The notes beneath the pieces are model-generated. The model made no database searches. It saw only the letters and a list, made by a program, of their open reading frames with translations, and was not told the origin of the DNA. Shown here one piece after another: positions 17,686 to 26,487 of a stretch of DNA of 32,000 nucleotides. This stretch comes from Rhodobacter capsulatus SB 1003 (GTDB taxonomy: Bacteria; Pseudomonadota; Alphaproteobacteria; Rhodobacterales; Rhodobacteraceae): the NCBI RefSeq assembly GCF_000021865.1, contig NC_014034.1:930001-962000 (forward strand), read 5' to 3'. Position 1 is the stretch's first letter. The number at the start of each line of letters is the position of its first letter. A program made the translations under genes and the position numbers.

Positions 17686-18717
17686 ATGACCGATCCCGAC
17701 ACCCGCACTGGCGGGGGTTTTGGCAGGCAGGGCGGGGGCGACTATGGCCCCGGACTTGACATGCCTGCGCCCCAGTCCGCGCGCTGGGTGCAATGGGCGG
17801 GCGCGGCCGTTTCCGGGGCGCTGATCCTGGGCGTGATCATCTGGGGCTACCGGCTGGCCGTGCGCGACGTGTCGGGCGTGCCGGTGATCCGCGCGCTGGA
17901 AGGTCCGGCGCGGATGGCGCCTTCGGACCCGGGCGGCGATCTGGCGGCCCATGTCGGGCTGGCGGTGAACGAGGTGGCGGGCTCGGGTCTGGCTGCGCCG
18001 GGGCCAAGCCGGGTCGTGCTGGCACCGCCGCCGACGGGCCTGTCGGCCGATGATGCGCCGATGTCCGAACTCAAACCCCTGCCGCAGGTGGAAAATCCCG
18101 CCGATGCGGAAGAGCTGGCGATGGAGGGCCCGCCGGTGCCGGTGCCCGACAGCGCCTTGCCGCCGAAACCCGCGGTGACGGCGCCCGCCGCCGATCCGGC
18201 CGCAGAGCTGCCGACCGATCCCGAGCTGCCCGCAGAAACGGCCGCAGAAACGCCTGCCGAACCGCCCGTAGACCTTCCGCCCGCCGAGACCGCCGCAGCC
18301 GAACCGGTCGAACCGGTCGTTCCGGCCGATGTGCCCGGCGTGGTGAAATCGCCCCGTCCGCTGGCCCGGCCCGATCTTGACATCGAGGCCGAGGCCGCCG
18401 CGCAGGCGGTGGCGGCGGCGCTGGCGGGGCCCGAAACCGTCGAGATCAAGGCGGCCGATCTGCCCTCGGGCACGCGGGTGGTGCAACTGGGCGCCTTTGA
18501 CAGCCCCGAGGAGGCCCGGGCCGAATGGGGCCGGATCTCGGGCCGGTTCGAGGCGCTGATGGCGGGCAAGAAACGCATCGTGCAAGAGGCCGCCTCGGGC
18601 GGGCGCAGCTTCTGGCGGCTGCGGGTCTCGGGCTTCAAGGGGGTCGAGGAGGCGCGGCAATTCTGCGCCGCGCTGGTGGCCGAGGGGGCGAATTGCATTC
18701 CGACCGTGATCAAGTAA
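17686..18717 (+). CDS. SPOR domain-containing protein (one TM segment, Pro/Ala/Glu-rich linker, C-terminal SPOR domain)
   Basis: The C-terminus VVQLGAFDSPEEARAEWGRISGRFEALMAGKKRIVQEA...WRLRVSGFKGVEEARQFCAAL has the SPOR pattern. Confidence 0.85.
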   Translation: MTDPDTRTGGGFGRQGGGDYGPGLDMPAPQSARWVQWAGAAVSGALILGVIIWGYRLAVRDVSGVPVIRALEGPARMAPSDPGGDLAAHVGLAVNEVAGSGLAAPGPSRVVLAPPPTGLSADDAPMSELKPLPQVENPADAEELAMEGPPVPVPDSALPPKPAVTAPAADPAAELPTDPELPAETAAETPAEPPVDLPPAETAAAEPVEPVVPADVPGVVKSPRPLARPDLDIEAEAAAQAVAAALAGPETVEIKAADLPSGTRVVQLGAFDSPEEARAEWGRISGRFEALMAGKKRIVQEAASGGRSFWRLRVSGFKGVEEARQFCAALVAEGANCIPTVIK

Positions 18718-19715
18718 GCCCTTGCGGCGCCACGATTCTGGGCGTCGAGGGCACGGTGCTGGGCGCCGATGAGGCCGCGTTTCTGCGCGAGGCCGACCCC
18801 TGGGGGCTGATCCTGTTTGCCCGCAATGTCGAAAGCCCGGCGCAGCTTTCCCGCCTGACGTCCGATCTGCGCGCTGCCTTGGGCCGTGATGCGCCGATCT
18901 TTGTCGATCAGGAGGGCGGGCGGGTGCAGCGCCTGCGGCCGCCGCATTGGCGCGACTGGGCGCCGCCTTTGGACGACGCGCTGTTGCGCGGTCCGCGGGG
19001 GATGTGGCTGCGGGCGCGGCTGCAGGCGGCAGAGCTGCGCGCGGTGGGCATCGACGGCAATTGCGCACCCACCTGTGACATCGCGGGCCCCCGCACGCAT
19101 CCGTTTCTGCGCAACCGCTGCCTGGGCGAAACTGTTGCTGCGGTGGTGAAAAACGCCCGTGCGACGGCCGATGGCCTGCTTGCGGGCGGGGTGCTGCCGG
19201 TGCTCAAGCACATGCCGGGCCATGGCCGGGCCGAGGCCGACAGCCACAAGGATCTGCCCGTGGTCACGGCCGCGGCCGAGGATCTGCGCGCCCATGATTT
19301 CGCCCCTTTCGCGGCGCTGGCCGATCTGCCCCTGGGCATGACCGCGCATATCCGCTTCACCGCCTTTGACGCCGCGCCTGCCACGCAAAGCGCGAAGATG
19401 ATCGATCTGATCCGGCAGGAGATCGGCTTTGCCGGGCTTTTGATGACCGATGACATCGGGATGCAGGCGCTGTCGGGCAGCTATGCCGAGCGCGCGGCGG
19501 CCTCGCTTGCGGCGGGTTGCGATGTGATCCTGCATTGCAACGGCACGCGCGCCGAACTAGCGGAAACCGTGGCCGCGGCGGGGCGGATGACGCCCGCGGC
19601 CAGCCTGCGCGCTGCGGCGGCGCTTCGGTTCCGCCATGCCCCCGGCGCGGTTGACTTGGCGGCGCTGGCGGCGGAATTTGACGCCGCGGGCAGCGGCGGC
19701 GGGTCGGATGGCTGA
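18693..19715 (+). CDS. nagZ: Beta-N-acetylhexosaminidase (GH3, NagZ). Start codon uncertain.
   Basis: GH3 motifs are present (FVDQEGGRVQRL, LKHMPGHGRAEADSH, LLMTDDIGM). There is no in-frame ATG near the conserved N-terminus. Candidate starts are TTG at 18693, overlapping the SPOR gene by 25 nt, or GTG at 18756. Confidence 0.85.
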   Translation: MHSDRDQVSPCGATILGVEGTVLGADEAAFLREADPWGLILFARNVESPAQLSRLTSDLRAALGRDAPIFVDQEGGRVQRLRPPHWRDWAPPLDDALLRGPRGMWLRARLQAAELRAVGIDGNCAPTCDIAGPRTHPFLRNRCLGETVAAVVKNARATADGLLAGGVLPVLKHMPGHGRAEADSHKDLPVVTAAAEDLRAHDFAPFAALADLPLGMTAHIRFTAFDAAPATQSAKMIDLIRQEIGFAGLLMTDDIGMQALSGSYAERAAASLAAGCDVILHCNGTRAELAETVAAAGRMTPAASLRAAAALRFRHAPGAVDLAALAAEFDAAGSGGGSDG

Positions 19716-20511
19716 GGAAACGGCAAGCCTCTTTGAAAGCACGAGTGTCAGCGAACGGCTTGCGGCCGAGGCGCTGATTGTCGATGTCGACGGGTTCGAG
19801 GGGCCGCTCGATCTTTTGCTGACGCTGTCGCGCACGCAAAAGGTCGATCTGCGCCGCATCTCGGTTCTGGCGCTGGCCGAGCAATATCTGAAATTCGTCA
19901 ACGAGGCCAAGGCGCTGCGCATTGAACTCGCGGCCGATTATCTGGTGATGGCAGCCTGGCTGGCGTTTTTGAAATCGCGTCTGCTGCTGCCCCCCGAACC
20001 GGGCGAGGACGGCCCCTCGGCCGAGGATCTGGCGGCGCATCTGGCCTTCCAGCTGGAACGGCTTTCGGCGATGCGCGAGGCGGCGGCGACGCTGATGGGG
20101 CGCGATCAGCTGGGGCGCAACTTCTTTGCCCGCGGTTACAGCGAGACTGTCGAGCGGGTCCGCAAGGTGAAATATTCCGCGACGCTGCTGGAACTGATGC
20201 AGGCCTATGCGCGGATTCGCACCCGCGACGAATTCCGCCCCTATGCCTTTGATCGCAAGAACATCTTCACCATGGAAGAGGCGCTGGAACGGATGCGGCC
20301 GCTGATCGGCTATGCCGGGGCCTGGACCGATCTGACCGATTATCTGCCCGACGGCTGGGGGGCGGATCCGAAGCGGCGCCGATCTGCCACCGCGGCGACC
20401 TTTGCGGCGTCCTTGGAACTGGCGAAACAGGGCCATATCGAGATCCACCAGACCGAAACCTTCGCGCCGATCACCATCCGCGCCCGAACCACCCCGCGGA
20501 CCAGCACATGA
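19708..20511 (+). CDS. scpA: Segregation and condensation protein A
   Basis: The ATG overlaps the nagZ 3' end. VDGFEGPLDLLLTLSRTQKVDLRRISVLALAEQYL is the ScpA signature. Confidence 0.9.
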   Translation: MAEETASLFESTSVSERLAAEALIVDVDGFEGPLDLLLTLSRTQKVDLRRISVLALAEQYLKFVNEAKALRIELAADYLVMAAWLAFLKSRLLLPPEPGEDGPSAEDLAAHLAFQLERLSAMREAAATLMGRDQLGRNFFARGYSETVERVRKVKYSATLLELMQAYARIRTRDEFRPYAFDRKNIFTMEEALERMRPLIGYAGAWTDLTDYLPDGWGADPKRRRSATAATFAASLELAKQGHIEIHQTETFAPITIRARTTPRTST

Positions 20512-21149
20512 GTGACAGCCGTTACGATCCGACCGAAAAGTCGCTCTTCGATGCCCCGCCGCTTGCGGAACAGGAACGGATGATCGAGGCGATCCTGTTC
20601 GCCGCGGCCGAGCCGGTCAGCCTGCGCGAGATGCAGGACCGGATGCCGCATGGCTGCGATGCCGCCGAGGCGCTGGCCTATCTGCGCCGCCGCTACGAGG
20701 GGCGCGGCGTGCATCTGGTGAGGATCGGCGACGCCTGGGCCTTTCGCACCGCGCCCGATCTGGGCTTTCTGATGCAAAAGGAAACGGTGGAGCTGCGCAA
20801 GCTGAGCCGTGCCGCCATCGAAACCCTGGCGATCATCGCCTATCACCAGCCGGTGACGCGGGCGGAAATCGAGGAAATCCGGGGCGTTGCGGTTTCCCGC
20901 GGCACCATCGACCAGTTGCTGGAGCTGGAATGGATCCGGCTCGGGCGGCGGCGGATGACGCCCGGCCGTCCGGTGACCTTCATCGTGACCGAAACGTTCC
21001 TGGATCATTTCGGCCTTGAATCGGCGCGCGATCTGCCCGGGATCAAGGAGCTTCGGGCGGCGGGGCTGCTTGACAACCGGCCGATGCCGGGGGCCGAGGA
21101 CGAGGAGGCCGACATGGTGGGCCAAAGCGAGCTGTTCGAGGAGGAATGA
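20508..21149 (+). CDS. scpB: Segregation and condensation protein B
   Basis: ATGA overlap with the scpA stop. IEAILFAAAEPVSL... and ETLAIIAYHQPVTRAEIEEIRGV match the ScpB winged-helix repeats. Confidence 0.9.
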   Translation: MSDSRYDPTEKSLFDAPPLAEQERMIEAILFAAAEPVSLREMQDRMPHGCDAAEALAYLRRRYEGRGVHLVRIGDAWAFRTAPDLGFLMQKETVELRKLSRAAIETLAIIAYHQPVTRAEIEEIRGVAVSRGTIDQLLELEWIRLGRRRMTPGRPVTFIVTETFLDHFGLESARDLPGIKELRAAGLLDNRPMPGAEDEEADMVGQSELFEEE

Positions 21150-21150
21150 G

Positions 21151-21360
21151 ATGGATCCGACGAAGCTTTTGCAGATGGTCTGGACCATGATCCTGCGCCG
21201 TCTGCTGCGGATGGGTGTCGACAAGGGCATCGAGCTGGCCGCGGGCAAGGGCAAACCCGCGGCGCAGATGACCAAGGCCGAACGGAAGGCCGCGAAATCG
21301 GCGCGTCAGGCGGTCAAGCGCGCGCGGCAGGCGGCGGCGATCACCCGGCGGCTGCGCTGA
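21151..21360 (+). CDS. Small basic protein, 69 aa, unknown function
   Basis: The ATG lies 1 nt after the scpB stop and is preceded by GAGGAGGAA. Third codon positions are high in G/C. The N-terminus is hydrophobic or amphipathic and the C-terminus is Lys/Arg/Ala-rich. Confidence 0.6.
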   Translation: MDPTKLLQMVWTMILRRLLRMGVDKGIELAAGKGKPAAQMTKAERKAAKSARQAVKRARQAAAITRRLR

Positions 21361-21364
21361 GGCG

Positions 21365-22150
21365 CTACGCCCAATCCGGCTTGCGCTTTTCCAGGAAGGC
21401 CTGCACCCCCTCGGCGGTGTCGCGGAAAAGCATGTTTTCCACCATCACCGCGCCCGTGTGGGCATAGGCCGCGGCCGTCTCCATCCCGATCTGGTCGTAA
21501 AACGCCCGCTTGCCGACCCGGACCGCCGCGCCCAGTTTCGCCGCGATCGTCTCGGCCAGCGCCGATGTGGCTGCGTCCAGGCCCTCGTGGGGCACGGTGC
21601 GGTTGACCAGCCCGATCTCGCGCGCGCGGGCGGCATCGATGAACTCCCCGGTCGTCAGCATCTCGAAGGCGACCTTGCGCGGCACCACCCGGCTCAGCGC
21701 CACCATCGGCGTCGAGCAGAACAGCCCGATGTTCACCCCGTTGACGCCAAAGCGCGTGCCCTCGGCCGCGACGGCCAGATCGCAGCTGGCGACCAGCTGG
21801 CAGCCCGCGGCGGTGGCGATGCCATGCACCTCGGCGATCACCGGCTGCGGCAGGGCGGGGATCATCTGCATCACCGCGGCGCAGCGGGCGAAAAGATCGG
21901 CGAAATACGCCCGGCCCTTGTCCGGGGCCGCCCGCCCGGCCTGCATCTCGCGCAGGTCATGGCCCGCGCAAAAGGCCTTGCCCGCGCCTTTCAGCACCAC
22001 CACCTTCACGCCCGCATCCCCGGCCAGCGCCGCAAACCGCGCCGCCAGCGCCGCGAGCATCGCATCCGAGAGCGCATTCAGCGTCCCCGGGCTGTTCAGT
22101 GTCAGATGCGCGATGACGCCACGTTTTTCGATCTCGACAAGCTCGTTCAT
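21365..22150 (-). CDS. Enoyl-CoA hydratase/isomerase family protein (crotonase)
   Basis: Start MNELVEIEKRGVIAHLTLN with RBS GGGGAGGAA. KAFCAGHDLREM and GIATAAGCQLVASCDL match the crotonase fold. The remainder of the 853-aa track ORF is an artefact. Confidence 0.9.
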   Translation of the reverse strand: MNELVEIEKRGVIAHLTLNSPGTLNALSDAMLAALAARFAALAGDAGVKVVVLKGAGKAFCAGHDLREMQAGRAAPDKGRAYFADLFARCAAVMQMIPALPQPVIAEVHGIATAAGCQLVASCDLAVAAEGTRFGVNGVNIGLFCSTPMVALSRVVPRKVAFEMLTTGEFIDAARAREIGLVNRTVPHEGLDAATSALAETIAAKLGAAVRVGKRAFYDQIGMETAAAYAHTGAVMVENMLFRDTAEGVQAFLEKRKPDWA

Positions 22151-22204
22151 TGCAATTCCTCCCCGTGACCGGAAGCTTAGGCGCAGGAGAAGCCGGGAGG
22201 GAAG

Positions 22205-22621
22205 ATGCAACTGAAGATGGATGTGACGGCGCTGAACGCGTTCCTGCGCAGCGATTTCGCGCAGGTCGCCGGGATGTTCGAGGTGATCGAAGCGGGGGCG
22301 GAAACGGTGATCCGGCTGCGGGTCGATGACAGCCACCTGCGCCCGGGCGGCACGGTCTCGGGGCCGACGATGTTCGCGCTGGCCGATGTGGGCATCTATC
22401 TGGCGATCCTGAGCCGCATCGGCCCGGTGGCGCTGGCGGTGACCACGAATGCGACGATCGATTTCCTGCGCAAGCCGCTGGCCGGGATCGATCTTCTGGC
22501 GCGGGTGCGGGTGCTGAAACTGGGGCGCAATCTGGCGGTGGGCGATTGCCTGATCTTTTCCGAGGGGCAGGCGGAGCCGGTGGCGCGGGCCTCGATGACC
22601 TATTCGGTCCCGCCGCGCTGA
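22205..22621 (+). CDS. PaaI/YigI-type hotdog-fold thioesterase
   Basis: 138 aa with RBS GGGAGGGAAG. GGTVSGPTMFALADVG and NATIDFLRKP are typical PaaI family motifs. Confidence 0.8.
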   Translation: MQLKMDVTALNAFLRSDFAQVAGMFEVIEAGAETVIRLRVDDSHLRPGGTVSGPTMFALADVGIYLAILSRIGPVALAVTTNATIDFLRKPLAGIDLLARVRVLKLGRNLAVGDCLIFSEGQAEPVARASMTYSVPPR

Positions 22622-24087
22622 GGCGGCGCAAGCTCGAAGACCACCGGCGCCAGCAGCGTCACCGCGGCAAAGATCACCACGATGGCGATCAGGTCCATGC
22701 GCGCCCCCGCCCGGGCCATGTCGGCCAGCCGCAGGCCCTTCCAGGAAAAGGCGATCGCATTGGGCGGCGTGGCGGTGGGCAGGGTGAAGGCCATCGAGGC
22801 GCCAACCGCCACCGGCAGCATCAGCCAGGGCACGGCGAGGCCAAGCCCCGTCGCCACCGCCGCCGTCACCGGCAGGAAAGTCGCGGCGGCGGCGGTGTTC
22901 GAGGTCAGCTCGCTCAGAAACACGATCCCCGCCGCGACGATCAGCACCAGAAGCCACAGCGGCAGCGCCGCCAGACCGCGCGCAAGCCCCCCCACCGCCG
23001 CCGCAAGGCCAGAGCTTTCGAACCCCGCCGCCAGCGCCAGCCCGCCGCCAAACAGCAGCAAGATGCCCCAGGGCAGGGCGGGGGCGACGCTCCAGTCCAG
23101 CACGAAGCCGCGGCCCTGCCCGAGCGGGCAGGCGAAAAGCAGCAACGCCGCGGTGATCGCGATGCCGCTGTCCGACATCGGCAGGCCAAGCGGCACGCGC
23201 AGCACCCAGGCCAGCGCGGTCAGCACGAAGACCGTGGCCACGATCACCTCGCCCCGGCCGAACGGGCCAAGCGCCCGGGCTTCGGCGGTGATCAGCGCCC
23301 GCGCCGCGGTCAGATCCAGCCCGCCAAGGTCGAACAGCCAGCGGGTCAGCAGCACCAGCATGACCGGCAGCATCACTGCCACCACCGGCACGCCAAACAG
23401 CATCCATTGAAAGAAGCCGATCTCGATCCCGTGGCTTTCGGCCAGAATGCTGGCCAAGAGCGCATTCGGCGGCGTGCCGATCAGCGTGCCCACGCCGCCG
23501 ATCGAGGCCGACCAGGCGATGCCCAGCATCAGCGCCACGCCGAAGGCCCGCGCCCGTTCCCTCTCGGCATGGGTCTCGACGAAGACCACGACCGAGGTGG
23601 CGACGGTGACCATCATCATCGCCGCCGCGGTGTTCGAGATCCACATCGACAGAAAGGCGGTGGCAAGCGCGAAGCCCGAGATCAGGCCGCGTGCGGAATG
23701 TCCGGCGCGGGCGACGATGAACAGCGCGATGCGCCGGTGCAGCCCGTGGCGCTCCATCGCGGCGGCCAGAAGAAAGCCGCCAAGGAAAAGGAAAATCAGC
23801 GGGTTGCCGTAATGCGCCGTGACCGCGGCGATGGGCAGGATGCCCAGAAGCGGCATCACGGCGACGGGCAGGAGCGCGGTGGCGGCCAGCGGCACCACCT
23901 CGCTCAGCCACCAGATCACCATCCACAGCGTCAGCCCGGCCAGGCGCCAGGCCTCGGGCGGGAGATCCGCGGGCGCGGGCAGCGCCAGCACCGGCACAAG
24001 GCAGAGCGGCCCCGCCAGAAGCCCGATGCGCCGTCCCGCCGGCAGCGTCTTGCCCGGTGCCGATCCGCTCGCCTGCCGCTCCGTCAT
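22600..24087 (-). CDS. DASS/SLC13 family anion (sulfate/di- or tricarboxylate) permease
   Basis: 495 aa with RBS GGGAGAG. It has many TM segments, the N-terminal LWMVIWWLSEVVPLAATALLP, and two SNTAAA motifs characteristic of SLC13/DASS. Confidence 0.85.
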   Translation of the reverse strand: MTERQASGSAPGKTLPAGRRIGLLAGPLCLVPVLALPAPADLPPEAWRLAGLTLWMVIWWLSEVVPLAATALLPVAVMPLLGILPIAAVTAHYGNPLIFLFLGGFLLAAAMERHGLHRRIALFIVARAGHSARGLISGFALATAFLSMWISNTAAAMMMVTVATSVVVFVETHAERERARAFGVALMLGIAWSASIGGVGTLIGTPPNALLASILAESHGIEIGFFQWMLFGVPVVAVMLPVMLVLLTRWLFDLGGLDLTAARALITAEARALGPFGRGEVIVATVFVLTALAWVLRVPLGLPMSDSGIAITAALLLFACPLGQGRGFVLDWSVAPALPWGILLLFGGGLALAAGFESSGLAAAVGGLARGLAALPLWLLVLIVAAGIVFLSELTSNTAAAATFLPVTAAVATGLGLAVPWLMLPVAVGASMAFTLPTATPPNAIAFSWKGLRLADMARAGARMDLIAIVVIFAAVTLLAPVVFELAPPQRGGTE

Positions 24088-24176
24088 GTGCTCTCCCGCG
24101 TTCCGGTTGCCGCGCCCCAGCCTAGCACGGGGCGGCGGCGGCGGGGGCGCGACCGATTGCGCGGCCGGACCAGAAT

Positions 24177-24195
24177 CACTTTGGCGCCCAAAGTG
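24177..24195. promoter_or_regulatory. Palindrome CACTTTGG-cgc-CCAAAGTG in the DASS/rplM divergent region (candidate operator)
   Basis: 8-bp perfect arms with a 3-nt spacer, 90-108 nt upstream of the DASS start. Two AT-rich palindromes follow immediately (24197-24210 and 24224-24236). Confidence 0.4.
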
Positions 24196-24327
24196 GGGTA
24201 TTTTAATACCTATTTTTCAAGCCATTGATTTTCAATGAAATAAATCGCATCAACGCGCTTGCTTTGGGATCGGAAAGCGCGGATAAGCCCGCATCCAGTT
24301 TCCCAACCCTTCAAAGGGCGATCGACA

Positions 24328-24792
24328 ATGAAAACCTATACCGCGAAACCGGCGGAGATCGAGAAGAAGTGGATCCTGATCGACGCCGAAGGCGTCGTTC
24401 TGGGCCGCCTCGCCACGATCGTTGCCATGCGCCTGCGTGGCAAGCACAAGCCGACCTTCACCCCCCACATGGACATGGGTGACAACGTCATCATCATCAA
24501 CGCCGACAAGGTGCAGATGACCGGTGCCAAGCGCGAAGACAAGCGCTACTACTGGCACACGAACCACCCGGGCGGGATCAAGTTCCGCACCGCGCGTCAG
24601 GTTCTGGAAGGCGCGCATCCCGAGCGCGTGGTGATCAAGGCCGTCGAACGCATGATCTCGCGCAACCGTCTGGGCCGCGCGCAGATGTCGAACCTGCGCG
24701 TCTACGCCGGGGCCGCCCATCCGCATGAAGCCCAACAGCCCGAAGTTCTGGACGTGAAAGTCCTGAACAAGAAGAACACCCGGAGCGCCTGA
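24328..24792 (+). CDS. rplM: 50S ribosomal protein L13
   Basis: [30 protein letters not shown]... is a canonical L13 sequence. Confidence 0.97.
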   Translation: MKTYTAKPAEIEKKWILIDAEGVVLGRLATIVAMRLRGKHKPTFTPHMDMGDNVIIINADKVQMTGAKREDKRYYWHTNHPGGIKFRTARQVLEGAHPERVVIKAVERMISRNRLGRAQMSNLRVYAGAAHPHEAQQPEVLDVKVLNKKNTRSA

Positions 24793-24794
24793 TC

Positions 24795-25283
24795 ATGTCC
24801 GATATCAAATCCCTCGACGATCTGAAGTCGGCCGTTTCGGGCACCCCGGCCGCGGCCGTGGCCGCTGTGGTGGAGCGCACCCCGGTGCGTGACGCCCAAG
24901 GCCGCGCCTATGCCACCGGCAAGCGCAAGAACGCCGTGGCCCGCGTCTGGGTCAAGCCCGGCACCGGCAAGATCACCGTGAACGGCAAGGAAATGCCGGT
25001 CTATTTCGCCCGTCCGGTGCTGCAGCTGATCGTGAACCAGCCCTTTGGCGTCGCGGGCGTCGAAGGCCAGTATGACGTGATGGCGACGGTGGTCGGCGGC
25101 GGTCTTTCGGGTCAGGCCGGTGCGGTCAAGCACGGCATCTCGAAAGCGCTGCAACTGCACGAGCCGTCGCTGCGCGCCGCGCTGAAAGCCGCCGGTTTCC
25201 TGACCCGCGACTCGCGCGTGGTCGAACGGAAGAAATACGGCAAGGCGAAAGCCCGTCGCTCGTTCCAGTTCTCGAAACGCTGA
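24795..25283 (+). CDS. rpsI: 30S ribosomal protein S9
   Basis: [30 protein letters not shown] and the C-terminal RRSFQFSKR are canonical S9 sequence. Confidence 0.97.
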   Translation: MSDIKSLDDLKSAVSGTPAAAVAAVVERTPVRDAQGRAYATGKRKNAVARVWVKPGTGKITVNGKEMPVYFARPVLQLIVNQPFGVAGVEGQYDVMATVVGGGLSGQAGAVKHGISKALQLHEPSLRAALKAAGFLTRDSRVVERKKYGKAKARRSFQFSKR

Positions 25284-25307
25284 TCGTTTCGAAACAATCC
25301 GTTTCCA

Positions 25308-25338
25308 GGCGGCCCCCGACCGGGGCCGCCTTTTTGTT
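25308..25338 (+). terminator. Intrinsic terminator of rplM-rpsI
   Basis: GGCGGCCCC-cgacc-GGGGCCGCC is followed by tttttgttt. Confidence 0.85.
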
Positions 25339-25410
25339 TCCGCCCCCTGCCGTCCCGTGTTACGGGGTTAACGATTGGTAATCAGAGTTGGCAATCACGG
25401 TGGGGTGGTC

Positions 25411-26487
25411 ATGCGTATTTCCTTTTTCTCTTCGATGATGCCTGCGGGGGGCGATGCTCTCGAGGCGCGGATGGACGCGATCCGCTCGGTGGCGCAATCG
25501 GCGCTTGCGGCGGCGGCGGTCGCGCCGAAATGGGGCACTGCCGCGGCGGACCGGATCTTCGGGGGCGAGCTGGGCGAGCATATCTATGGCCGGGCCGGGG
25601 CGGATACGATCTTTGCCGGGGCCGGCAACGATCTGCTGCGCGGCGGCGATGGCGATGACGTGCTGTTTGGCGATACCGGGGCGGATGTGCTTTGGGGCGA
25701 TCTCGGGGCCGACAATCTGGCGGGCGGCAGGGGCAACGACATGCTGCATGGCGGCTGCGGCGCCGACCGGCTGTTCGGCGATTTCGGCAATGACACGCTG
25801 GAGGGCGGGGCGCAGGCGGACCAGTTGACGGGGGGCGATGGCCGTGACGTGCTGCTGGGCGGCGAGGGCAACGATCTTCTGCTCGGGGGGGATGGCGCCG
25901 ACAGCCTGACCGGAGGGGCGGGCAACGACCGGAGCCGGGGCGGCGAGGGCAACGACTTGCTGAGCGATGACGGCACCGATGCGGATGCCGACCTGCTCTG
26001 CGGCGATGCGGGCAACGATACGCTGGTGGGTGGCAATGGCGCGGATTCGCTTTACGGCGGCAGCGGCAATGACGTGATCCGCGACACCTGGGTACAAGAC
26101 GCCTCGGGGCTTCTGGTGGCCGATGATGCGGCGCGGATCGATGCGGGCGAAGGCGATGACACGATCTTCGCCTCGGGCGCGGATACGATTGTCACCGGCG
26201 CGGGGGAAGATGTGATCGTGATCGGGGCGGCGGGCGACACCGCGCTGGCGACCAGCGCCGCGGTGACGGTGACCGATTTCCTAGTCGGGACCGATTCCTT
26301 TCAGTTCGACCTGTCGGATGGCGGCGTCGAGGATGCGCTGACCCTGTCGGTGCGCACTGCGGGGAACAATACGATCATCGTCGTCACCGATGCCGAGGGC
26401 GCCAGCCATGATGCGGTGACGCTGATCGGCGTGACCGCCTCGCTGGATCAGCTGCTGGATGCCTATCTGCTTTACGATCTGATCTGA
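25411..26487 (+). CDS. RTX-type calcium-binding repeat protein (hemolysin-type GGxGxDxUx nonapeptides)
   Basis: About 17-20 consecutive nonapeptides (GAGNDLLRGGDGDDVLFGDTGADVLWG...) are followed by a non-repeat C-terminal region of about 85 aa. The start is ATG 25411 or TTG 25375. Confidence 0.85.
   Translation: MRISFFSSMMPAGGDALEARMDAIRSVAQSALAAAAVAPKWGTAAADRIFGGELGEHIYGRAGADTIFAGAGNDLLRGGDGDDVLFGDTGADVLWGDLGADNLAGGRGNDMLHGGCGADRLFGDFGNDTLEGGAQADQLTGGDGRDVLLGGEGNDLLLGGDGADSLTGGAGNDRSRGGEGNDLLSDDGTDADADLLCGDAGNDTLVGGNGADSLYGGSGNDVIRDTWVQDASGLLVADDAARIDAGEGDDTIFASGADTIVTGAGEDVIVIGAAGDTALATSAAVTVTDFLVGTDSFQFDLSDGGVEDALTLSVRTAGNNTIIVVTDAEGASHDAVTLIGVTASLDQLLDAYLLYDLI
25549..26226 (+). repeat. 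Degenerate 27-nt coding periodicity (RTX nonapeptide array)
   Basis: The repeats are visible at protein level. The DNA copies have diverged, so this is not a non-coding tandem repeat. Confidence 0.7.

Noticed and set aside
15454-19068. A 1204-aa ORF on the minus strand. Similar very long ORFs occur at 927-2129(-), 6861-9317(-), 10138-11526(-), 11093-12355(-), 12004-13086(-), 13085-15433(+), 17847-19535(-), 22546-24228(+), 27176-29686(-), and in the upstream part of 21365-23926(-).
   Set aside because: All lie antisense to, or out of frame with, genes that have unmistakable conserved products (argS, the ABC components, the helicase, adhC and others). Their translations are dominated by Arg/Pro/Gly/Ala runs typical of stop-poor non-coding frames in GC-rich DNA. 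They are artefacts, not giant genes.
25368-25382. TTAA-cgattgg-TAAT, about 30-40 nt upstream of the RTX gene start, as a further CtrA box.
   Set aside because: It has one mismatch in the second half-site and stands alone. It is too close to the start codon for a typical activator site, and I cannot distinguish it from chance without a genome-wide background model.
25549-26226. Periodic GGCGxCGAT-like DNA in the RTX gene, as a candidate CRISPR array or non-coding tandem repeat.
   Set aside because: The periodicity is 27 nt, it lies within one continuous reading frame, the copies are degenerate, and there is no spacer/repeat alternation. It is explained fully by the RTX nonapeptide coding repeats.
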